Source: an uncultured archaeon
Lineage (GTDB): Archaea; Iainarchaeota; Iainarchaeia; Iainarchaeales; 0-14-0-20-30-16
Length of the DNA: 32,000 bases
Reading direction: 5' to 3'
Assembly (NCBI GenBank): GCA_964480435.1
Contig: CAYZSS010000003.1
Location: 18,527 to 50,526, forward strand
The notes beneath the pieces are model-generated. The model was not told the origin of the DNA. It was given only the letters and a program-made list of their open reading frames with translations, and searched no databases. This document shows, piece by piece, positions 25,462-32,000 of the stretch (position 1 is the stretch's first letter; each line of letters starts with the position of its first letter). The position numbers and the translations under genes were made by a program.

Positions 25462-26277
25462 ATGCTTGAAAAAATTCTCGCGCAGGACATTCCTCTTTTT
25501 GAACTTGAGCAAAAGTTTTGGAAACAAATAAGTGAATTAGAAGATAAAATTAGAAGAACAAATAATGTTTCAAAAAAGGAAAAATATGGGAAAGAAATAC
25601 TCGTCCTTAGGGAAAAAATCAAAGCTCTTCAGCAAAATAATCCTGCTAAACTAAGATTCGAATTAAACACTCTTAGAGAGGCGCTTAAAGATAATGAAGA
25701 AGAAAATAAAAATTATTGGATACAGAATAAACTTCTCAAGGCTATTATTAATAGATATTTAAAAAACGAAAGTATTGGTTTAGAGGACTTGAAAAAACTT
25801 ATTTTACCAAATGATTTAAGTGTTTTGAGTATAAAGCAAGAAATAATTCCTGAAAATTATGTTTATGATGAGGACTATCTTGATGCTATAAAAAAACTAT
25901 ACTCTTATATAAAAAAAAATTATTCTATAATTGATTTATCATTACCTAATAAATACTGGTTGCCGCCACGAGACACTATTGAAGCGCAGGCAGGTGATGT
26001 ATTTGATATATCTGTGCTCATCTGTTCAGTACTTATTTCTTTAGGTGGGGATGATGCAAAAGTGTATGTTGTAGAACTAAATGATTTCTCAAGGCACGCC
26101 TTTGTAGTAACCAGATATAAAAAAAGAATATTGATTTTAGATCTAAAACAATCAGAAAATTATAACGATTATTTAGGTTATGAAAAAGATGTGTGGGCGG
26201 AATATTTGCCAAAAAGGCAAAGTATAAGAAAGAAAAAATATTCTTTTAATGACGTAAGTTTTGATTATCTTGAATAA
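25462..26277 (+). CDS. Cytoplasmic coiled-coil protein with a possible Cys-less transglutaminase-like fold; first gene of the plus-strand pilin operon
   Basis: 271 aa with no signal peptide. The C-terminal segment AQAGDVFDISVLICSVLISLGGDDAKVYVV...RHAFVV...RILILDL resembles the G-x-C...H...D transglutaminase-core spacing, but Val occupies the Cys position. The fold assignment is low confidence. The gene overlaps the next ORF. Confidence 0.45.
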   Translation: MLEKILAQDIPLFELEQKFWKQISELEDKIRRTNNVSKKEKYGKEILVLREKIKALQQNNPAKLRFELNTLREALKDNEEENKNYWIQNKLLKAIINRYLKNESIGLEDLKKLILPNDLSVLSIKQEIIPENYVYDEDYLDAIKKLYSYIKKNYSIIDLSLPNKYWLPPRDTIEAQAGDVFDISVLICSVLISLGGDDAKVYVVELNDFSRHAFVVTRYKKRILILDLKQSENYNDYLGYEKDVWAEYLPKRQSIRKKKYSFNDVSFDYLE

Positions 26278-26713
26278 AGGTTTTTTTATACTGTATTTTG
26301 TAGTAATCATTTTTTCTCTGCTTCTTGCCTTATTTTTTGTGTATTCGAATAATGATTATAAAGAAAAAGAATTAATTGAGGAATTCACAATATATTCAAA
26401 TAGTATTACTGATCAAACAGTTCTTGAAAATAACATATCTTATTTTATTAGAAAAAATATAGAAACTGAATTATACATTACCCAGGATAGAGGAGCAATA
26501 AAACTTGCTTTGGATCCTATAATAAAAAATTATCTTGTTTCTAATGGTTTTGATATTTCTTTACTTGCTACTGATTTATTTATTGAAATAATCCCTTTGG
26601 ATGATGTACTTCAGGTTAATTACCAGTATGTTTTTATCACAACCACAAAAAACACGGGGAAAAAAGTAATAATTTCTTCGGGGGCTATTTATGGGGGGTC
26701 CATTATTGTTTGA
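26261..26713 (+). CDS. Pilin-like protein, non-canonical class III signal (NKG/FFILYF)
   Basis: 150 aa. TTG starts are possible at 26261 or 26270 (the latter gives MNKGFFILYFVVIIFSLLLALFFV). It has a short basic leader ending K-G followed by a hydrophobic helix. The NKGFF matches the start of the 27629 gene. Confidence 0.55.
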   Translation: MIILNKGFFILYFVVIIFSLLLALFFVYSNNDYKEKELIEEFTIYSNSITDQTVLENNISYFIRKNIETELYITQDRGAIKLALDPIIKNYLVSNGFDISLLATDLFIEIIPLDDVLQVNYQYVFITTTKNTGKKVIISSGAIYGGSIIV

Positions 26714-26960
26714 CAAGCAAAAAGGGCAAATCTTTATTGAATTTTTGATTTCTTTTCTGATTATTTTATTTCTCTTTGGTTTTATTATTTCTTGTTTTAA
26801 TTATGACAAAATAGACTCAAAAATAAAATTAATAAACGAAAAAGTAAAGACTAAATATTGCCAACTTGAAAATAGCTTAAAGTATAATTATTTTGAAATA
26901 AGTTCAGATTGTGGTTTGTTTTTAAAAGAGGATGTATATGCAGAAAAAAAATATGGCTAA
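26691..26960 (+). CDS. Type IV pilin-like protein with a canonical archaeal class III signal peptide (DUF361-type)
   Basis: 89 aa. The N-terminus MGGPLLFDKQKGQIFIEFLISFLIILFLFGFII carries the KG/Q..IEF motif followed by a hydrophobic helix. Confidence 0.75.
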   Translation: MGGPLLFDKQKGQIFIEFLISFLIILFLFGFIISCFNYDKIDSKIKLINEKVKTKYCQLENSLKYNYFEISSDCGLFLKEDVYAEKKYG

Positions 26961-27636
26961 GAAAGCAATTTCAAGAAACCATTTCGCAAAGAAACTACTT
27001 TTGTGTAAAACAAAAGTATTTCAGTGGCTGAAGCATTTTGCAACTGCAAAATGTCTTCTTCCTAAAAAGCAAAATGTTTCAGGGGCTAACAAAGCTTTTT
27101 TGTGCAAAACAAAAAAGTTTGAGGGTCAGAAAAACTTTTCCAAGAAGTCAATTTTGTCTTTACACAAAATTGCTTCAGGGACTAAACCAATTTGCCTTTG
27201 CAAATTAGTTTTTTCTTTCGAAAAGTTACTTCTTACTAAAGAAATTTCTGTTTTTACAGAAATTTGCTTTTTCTCAAAGAACTTGTTTCAGAGCCACAAA
27301 TCTAAAGATAATGTGGCTAAGGGCTCATTTTCTTTGAGCCTCTTATTTACTATGTTATTTTTTTTGCTGTTCACATACCTGTTTTTTTTGGGTTTAAGTA
27401 ATATGCAAATAAAAATGGACAATTCCTTGGTCGCTCTTTACTATTCAGAAATTTCAGTCACAAAAAATAATGAAAAAGGAGTTGGCTTTGCGGAAATTAA
27501 TATTTTAGAACGCAGAGTAATGGCCAATAAAATTAAAGACGAAATTGTTATTACTGGCCTGCTCGCTGGTTACTCAATACCAAGGTTAATTTATGATGAT
27601 GGGATAAAAATAAAAGAGGCTGTTTTTAATGGCTAA
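26953..27636 (+). CDS. Pilin-like protein whose class III motif (AKG/SFSLSLLFTMLFFLLF) is preceded by a ~124-aa Lys/Cys-rich extension
   Basis: The track ORF is 26932-27636. ATG 26953 overlaps the previous gene's stop (ATGGCTAA). An internal GTG at 27313 would give a conventional 107-aa pilin starting MAKGSFSLS. The upstream 120 codons are stop-free in this frame only. Confidence 0.55.
   Translation: MAKKAISRNHFAKKLLLCKTKVFQWLKHFATAKCLLPKKQNVSGANKAFLCKTKKFEGQKNFSKKSILSLHKIASGTKPICLCKLVFSFEKLLLTKEISVFTEICFFSKNLFQSHKSKDNVAKGSFSLSLLFTMLFFLLFTYLFFLGLSNMQIKMDNSLVALYYSEISVTKNNEKGVGFAEINILERRVMANKIKDEIVITGLLAGYSIPRLIYDDGIKIKEAVFNG
26996..27265. repeat. Array of six short palindromes/hairpins inside the pilin leader region
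   Basis: 26996-27018 is TACTTTTGT-GTAAA-ACAAAAGTA. 27034-27053 is CATTTTGCA-AC-TGCAAAATG. 27095-27117 is CTTTTTTGT-GCAAA-ACAAAAAAG. 27149-27172 is CAATTTTGT-CTTTAC-ACAAAATTG. 27189-27206 is AATTTGC-CTTT-GCAAATT. 27242-27265 is AAATTTCTG-TTTTTA-CAGAAATTT. Confidence 0.85.
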
Positions 27637-27973
27637 TAAAGGTTTTTTTTGGCTTGCTGAAGTGGGTATTGGATTTATTTTTTTATTACTCTTTGGGGTT
27701 TTGTTTTTTAATTATTTAGACTCTGATAATGGTGGGCAAGTTTTTGCGTTACAAAAAGCAAATGATGTGCTCAGGGCAAATTCTTATTCTCATGAAGAAA
27801 TTTCGAAAGATGTTTTGGATCAATTTTTTGGTGATTTTGGCTATATTTGTTGTGTAGATCTGATGTGTTATTCAAATGATATAATTCAGAAAAATAAGTT
27901 GGTGAAAACCGCAAAAATCTTGTTTAAAAATCTAACTGAAAAAGAAGTATCACTTACTGTTTTCTATAATTAA
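27629..27973 (+). CDS. Pilin-like protein, non-canonical class III signal (MANKG/FFWLAEVGIGFIFLLLF)
   Basis: 114 aa. The start overlaps the preceding gene's end. It has a short basic leader ending K-G followed by a hydrophobic helix. The 3' end overlaps the convergent pilin gene by 24 nt. Confidence 0.6.
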   Translation: MANKGFFWLAEVGIGFIFLLLFGVLFFNYLDSDNGGQVFALQKANDVLRANSYSHEEISKDVLDQFFGDFGYICCVDLMCYSNDIIQKNKLVKTAKILFKNLTEKEVSLTVFYN

Positions 27974-28369
27974 TTCTATTGTTTTATTTTTTGTTAATTT
28001 TACTGAATATTTTCCTGGATCAAAATTATTGCTTTCATCTATGCAAGTATTACTGGAATAAGTTTTATTTGTGTTCTTTGATGACCAAGAGATATTATTT
28101 CCGTCAGCAGAAAAATTCCAAAAATTATTTAGATTTAAATTTGTATAAATTATACTTCCTTCTCCTAAATAGCAAATTTGATTTATTTCTTTTGTAAAGT
28201 TTTTTATGTTTGCTAAATCGAAAGATATTGTTGTGTAATTATACACTTTTATGAGTATTGGGATGAAAAGTGAAATAATTGCAATAATGATAAGTAGAAT
28301 AATCAAAAATTCAATACTCAATTGGCCGCTATTTTTTTTAATTGGTGTCCCCAATTTTGTCAATGTCAT
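27950..28369 (-). CDS. Type IV pilin-like protein with a canonical class III signal peptide
   Basis: 139 aa. The N-terminus MTLTKLGTPIKKNSGQLSIEFLIILLIIIAIISLFIPILI carries the G/QLSIEF motif. Confidence 0.75.
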   Translation of the reverse strand: MTLTKLGTPIKKNSGQLSIEFLIILLIIIAIISLFIPILIKVYNYTTISFDLANIKNFTKEINQICYLGEGSIIYTNLNLNNFWNFSADGNNISWSSKNTNKTYSSNTCIDESNNFDPGKYSVKLTKNKTIELIIENSK

Positions 28370-28535
28370 TAAAAATGTCCTCGGTTTTTGAGTCTATTTT
28401 TTCTGATGCCTTGTTTGTTGTTTTTGTTAACTGGGTTATTACTATTGCAGCAATTGCAATTAAAGCAGCCAAAATTATTATTAACTCCGCTGAAAGTTGT
28501 GCTTTTTTATCTATAATGAACTTTATCATCAGCAT
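28338..28535 (-). CDS. Very small type IV pilin (65-aa precursor), candidate major pilin
   Basis: MLMIKFIIDKKAQLSAELIIILAALIAIAAIVITQL... has a KA/QLSAE class III motif. A TATA-like ATTTATAC lies ~20-26 nt upstream of the ATG on the minus strand (plus coordinates ~28553-28560), suggesting a leaderless or short-leader mRNA. It overlaps the next pilin gene by 32 nt. Confidence 0.7.
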   Translation of the reverse strand: MLMIKFIIDKKAQLSAELIIILAALIAIAAIVITQLTKTTNKASEKIDSKTEDIFNDIDKIGDTN

Positions 28536-28604
28536 AAGTTAGTGCAAAGTAGTATAAATATTTTTCTAATTATTTTGTAAAAATAATGAAAAAGAAAGGG
28601 AAAA

Positions 28605-29663
28605 TTAATTTCCCAATTTTATGTCCCAAGTGGTTTTTTTGTTCCAAGAAAAATCTTCTGAATTTTCACTATCGCTTTCTGAGCCATTTAATTGTTTCAT
28701 GTTTGTAGTAACCCCAGAGATATTGAATTGCACCATATCATCCTCAATGTGAGTCTCATTTTTTGTATCTGGGCAAGGGTCATCTTCACCGGGTGGAGGT
28801 GGATTTTTTACAGTGGTAACAGTTAGTTTAACATTTACCGATACTCCACCCTGGTATTTTCCATCATTGTCTAAATAAAACAAAGAGTCATAAATTGTTT
28901 TTAGGTCTTCAGTTCCGGACTCTTCTCTTGTTACTACTGCGCAACCATTATCAAAAACTTCTTTGTATTGCCATTCTAATTTTCCATCATTAAAAAAATG
29001 TGATGTGCCTTCTGGCATTGTAAAACCACCGGGGGCATATAACGTCAATACCCCCCCTGTTGCTTTTGCACTTATTACTCGGCTTCCTCCATTGCTGGAT
29101 TCATCGTAAGTATAAGTTAATTGGCTGTAGCCACACTTTTCACTAGAAAGTTCTGCTCTGTTTAATGCCACATCGGCTATCTCTTTAAAACCTAGTTGTT
29201 GTGCTAAGGTTGCAATTTCTAGTAATCTGTTTTTACATAGGTTTGGGTCCTTCATTTCTTCTTGAATTCTTAAATTAATTTTATTAATGGTGTTGTTATA
29301 CATTGTGTCGCTATCTAATCCCATCATCTGGGCTACACCTAAGGCGTAAAGAAGCATTTCAGTTGTAGAATTTTGGTTATTTAGTATGTCCATTACCCAT
29401 TTTTTTAATAAGGCCGTTGCTTCTGCATCTATTTTTTCAGTATCTATTCCTAGCCCCTGTGCTGTAGCTAAAGCATCTAAAATTTCTTGGGGTGTTGCAT
29501 TTGGGTTATTTATAGTTGTATCTATCTGTTCCTGTGCTGTGTCTGTTGTATCTTTTGTTTGCTGTATTTCTTCTGCTTCGCTGCTGCTATTTATGGTGCA
29601 TCCTGATAACATCACTAAAATAATAAGTAAAGAACTTAAAATAACTAGAAAGTGTTTTTTCAT
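28605..29663 (-). CDS. Secreted lipoprotein-like protein with three helical repeats and a beta-rich C-terminal domain
   Basis: 352 aa. The signal MKKHFLVILSSLLIILVMLSGC carries a lipobox-like LSGC. Three repeats fit the pattern L..A...AQ.(L/M)G: QEILDALATAQGLGID, EMLLYALGVAQMMGLD and NRLLEIATLAQQLGFK. Confidence 0.65.
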   Translation of the reverse strand: MKKHFLVILSSLLIILVMLSGCTINSSSEAEEIQQTKDTTDTAQEQIDTTINNPNATPQEILDALATAQGLGIDTEKIDAEATALLKKWVMDILNNQNSTTEMLLYALGVAQMMGLDSDTMYNNTINKINLRIQEEMKDPNLCKNRLLEIATLAQQLGFKEIADVALNRAELSSEKCGYSQLTYTYDESSNGGSRVISAKATGGVLTLYAPGGFTMPEGTSHFFNDGKLEWQYKEVFDNGCAVVTREESGTEDLKTIYDSLFYLDNDGKYQGGVSVNVKLTVTTVKNPPPPGEDDPCPDTKNETHIEDDMVQFNISGVTTNMKQLNGSESDSENSEDFSWNKKTTWDIKLGN

Positions 29664-29770
29664 AATTTCACCATAGTTTAATAATTCTTGAAAGTATATA
29701 AAGTTTTCATTGTTGGAAGTATCCTCCTCAAATCGCTAAAAAACAAAGCATTTTGCCTTTTTTGGTTAGA

Positions 29771-29789
29771 ATTGTTAACGCATAACAAT
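29771..29789. promoter_or_regulatory. Inverted repeat ATTGTTA-ACGCA-TAACAAT abutting a TATA-like box upstream of the adhesin gene
   Basis: The 7-bp arms have a 5-nt spacer. The repeat is followed immediately by ATATAAAAG (~29788-29796), about 25-33 nt upstream of ATG 29821. This geometry is consistent with an archaeal promoter for a leaderless mRNA plus an overlapping operator. Confidence 0.3.
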
Positions 29790-29820
29790 ATAAAAGTATT
29801 CTCCATATATATATAGTATT

Positions 29821-32000
29821 ATGAAAATTCCATCTACTGTGGGGTCATTTGAATATCGCCCTAAGAGTGCGAATCTAAAAATTTATTCCGTAGTAATGCT
29901 ATTTTTTGCATTTTTCCTTATAGTTTCCCTTAATTTTGCCACAATTCCTAATAATATTCCTGATAATAAGTTGCCTAGTTATGCAGTAAGTTCTGCAAAA
30001 GTAAAAAATGCGGATTTTATCCCACTTGATTATTTTAATGATAAAGCACCAAAAGAATTTAACTTTGATTTTTCTGGTGAGTATTACTTGTTCTTTTCTT
30101 CCAATTGGAAAAATTTAGCACAATCACAAACAGGGATAAAATTGAGCCACAGTTCTAGGGCTGGAAAGAGAGCTTATATTCCTTATGTTTCTTCTGGTTC
30201 CTTTGTTTTAGAAAATATGAAACTAAACAGTTTTGGAACAATTTATGCTGTAGAACTTATTCCAAATGCGGTAAGCCCAGCAAACACAAATATTTCTTTT
30301 AAAGTAAACGATGATACTTATGATGACATCGCATTTTTAGGAAACACTAATGATTTGGAATTAAAAGTAACTTTGTCCACATCTGCGTCTTATTATACTC
30401 CTATTTTAAAGGATTTAACAGTAAAATTATATCCAATAAAAAGTATCCAAATTAACCCTATCGTTTTACAAACTTCGGAAGACTTTATTTCAGTGAATTT
30501 AAAAAATTATATTACTTATTATGATTTTGCATCTGAAAATTTAACTTATTCTCTTGTAGGTAATACTCTTCCTTGTAATGTAAATCACTCGGCTTTAACT
30601 TGTAATGACTTGTCTGAAGGTACTTATTATTTGAATTTAAATGTAAGAGATAAAATAACAAACGCAGAATCTTATGCCCCAATTGAAATTATAATTAATA
30701 GTGATTCTCCTTATTTTTTAGATTTACCTATAATTGAAGCAGATGAGGATTCTCTTGTAGGCCCATTAAACTTGGAACCGTATATTTCAGATCCAAATAA
30801 TAGTGCTGATGAATTAACAGTGAGTATAATGTCTGTAAGCTCTTCTAATGGTATTAATTGTTCCCTGAACGGTTTTGAATTAAATTGTAGTGCAAATAAA
30901 GATTACTTTGGTAATTCTTCAGTAACTCTTAAAGTAATTGATCCTCAAGGAAACTTTTCCTTAGCTGATTTACAAATAAAAATAGCCAGCGTAAATGATC
31001 CTCCTACCTGGAAGGAAATTTCAGGATATAATTTAGAGGCTGGTCAAACACTGAATATTAACCTAGGAAATTTTGCATCTGATGTGGATAATTCTAATTT
31101 AGCTTACGAAATAAAAAGTAGTAATTCTTTAAGTTGTAATTTAAATAATTCTATAATTTCTTGTAATCCTACAATAACTCCACTTTCAACAAGCTTGGTA
31201 GTTTCCGTTTCAGATGGTGAATTTGAAGTAGAAAAAACAATTCCTGTTTCATGGAGTGTTTCTAATTTGGGCCCTGTATTTACTGGGGAAATTATGGGGA
31301 AAACAGTTGTTGGCAGTAACCCTTTAAATTTCTCTGCAAACCTAAGTTCTTATTTTTCAGATCCTGAAAATACTCCCTTAACTTATACTATTGAATATGT
31401 TTCAGGCAGCAATACTGTATGTGAAATCTCTTTAGATTTGCTAAATTGTGCTGCACAGGGAAATGGATTCACAGATGTAAAAATAAAAGCCAGCGACGGG
31501 GAGAAAGAAGTTTATTCTAATATTTTTAGATTAGCAAAAGTTAATTCAAATGATTTAACTGCTACAGTAAGTGTTCCTCACACAGTGCCTTTGAATTATA
31601 CTGTTTATTTCCAAGTTTATGTAACAAATAACTTAGGATTTTATTTAGAAGGTATTGAAGTAACTGCAAGTTCAGATTCTTTAACTATCTTTGATGGTGC
31701 TCCTGAAGGTCACAATAGCATCACAGAAGTAATTCCAAAAATTGATCCTAATTCAACAAAGACTTCAGAATTTCATGCAACAGTAGCAAATATAGAGAAA
31801 ACTCACTCGGTTTCCTTGGCCTTAACTGGCTCTATTTTAGATTCTAAAGAGATAGAAACAAAGAATATGTTTTATGCTGCTGGTAACGGCTTAGTAACCA
31901 TGTGGCAAGACAAAGGAGACAATGATGGTGCAGGATATTGGGGTACAGGGATGCAAGATATGGTGCCTAAAGATAACAAACTAAAAATCCGAGTTCACAT
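29821..32000 (+). CDS. Partial large surface adhesin-like protein with four cadherin-like/Ig-like tandem repeats (continues past the window end)
   Basis: My own translation from ATG 29821 is open to 32000 (726 codons), so it is absent from the track. It has an N-terminal signal anchor, IYSVVMLFFAFFLIVSLNF. Four ~90-aa repeats (nt ~30433-31536) each carry an L-(T/A)-Y ... C-x(6-8)-C pair. One inter-repeat boundary carries ASVNDPPTW. Confidence 0.75.
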   Translation, partial: MKIPSTVGSFEYRPKSANLKIYSVVMLFFAFFLIVSLNFATIPNNIPDNKLPSYAVSSAKVKNADFIPLDYFNDKAPKEFNFDFSGEYYLFFSSNWKNLAQSQTGIKLSHSSRAGKRAYIPYVSSGSFVLENMKLNSFGTIYAVELIPNAVSPANTNISFKVNDDTYDDIAFLGNTNDLELKVTLSTSASYYTPILKDLTVKLYPIKSIQINPIVLQTSEDFISVNLKNYITYYDFASENLTYSLVGNTLPCNVNHSALTCNDLSEGTYYLNLNVRDKITNAESYAPIEIIINSDSPYFLDLPIIEADEDSLVGPLNLEPYISDPNNSADELTVSIMSVSSSNGINCSLNGFELNCSANKDYFGNSSVTLKVIDPQGNFSLADLQIKIASVNDPPTWKEISGYNLEAGQTLNINLGNFASDVDNSNLAYEIKSSNSLSCNLNNSIISCNPTITPLSTSLVVSVSDGEFEVEKTIPVSWSVSNLGPVFTGEIMGKTVVGSNPLNFSANLSSYFSDPENTPLTYTIEYVSGSNTVCEISLDLLNCAAQGNGFTDVKIKASDGEKEVYSNIFRLAKVNSNDLTATVSVPHTVPLNYTVYFQVYVTNNLGFYLEGIEVTASSDSLTIFDGAPEGHNSITEVIPKIDPNSTKTSEFHATVANIEKTHSVSLALTGSILDSKEIETKNMFYAAGNGLVTMWQDKGDNDGAGYWGTGMQDMVPKDNKLKIRVH

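Noticed and set aside
26996-27300. Recurrent TTTCAG/G and GTAA motifs resembling splice sites
   Set aside because: All surrounding genes are archaeal and uninterrupted. The motifs are explained by the degenerate 33-codon repeat (..F-Q/E/S-G..) and by the palindrome loops.
26954-27321. The palindrome array as a CRISPR array or a MITE flanked by a TGGCTAAG target-site duplication
   Set aside because: The palindromes differ in sequence and spacing, so there is no constant repeat with unique spacers, and no cas genes are present. The ends of the 360-bp segment are not terminal inverted repeats. The exact 120-codon, stop-free length argues against a simple mobile insertion.
1-32000. Search for rRNA, SRP RNA, RNase P RNA, CRISPR arrays, transposases or integrases
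   Set aside because: The only GC-rich structured islands outside coding DNA are the two tRNAs. I saw no constant-repeat arrays and no ORFs with transposase or integrase motifs.

Overview
AT-rich, tightly packed archaeal window, probably from a small-genome DPANN-type lineage; that lineage guess is inference only. The archaeal assignment rests on aIF-1A, aIF-2 beta, SRP54, RNase P protein Rpp21/Rnp4, an XPD/Rad3 helicase, a GxGD prepilin/preflagellin peptidase and class III (type IV pilin-like) signal peptides. The first ~18.8 kb is mostly housekeeping: mutS, tRNA-Lys, sepF, a KaiC-like ATPase, an N-terminally short NFACT protein, an AlkD-like repair protein, tRNA-Asp, and an aIF2b-aIF1A-argS operon. 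It also holds a lysS-FKBP-hyp-srp54-prepilin peptidase operon and xpd. The remainder is accessory or cell-envelope. It starts with a small and a 1300-aa coiled-coil protein, both anchored by a C-terminal two-helix hairpin; the large one carries a GC-rich Gly/Pro/Asn low-complexity module. Next comes a cell-surface locus (25.4 kb to the window end) with six pilin-like genes in two convergent operons, a lipobox protein and a partial cadherin-like repeat adhesin. No pilus assembly ATPase or platform gene is present in the window. The most unusual signal is inside one pilin-like ORF. About 124 Lys/Cys-rich codons precede an otherwise normal class III cleavage motif. The DNA encoding them is a dense array of 7-9 bp-stem palindromes built from degenerate 33-codon copies of a pilin 5' end. 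All functional calls come from reading the translated ORFs for motifs; no database search was possible.
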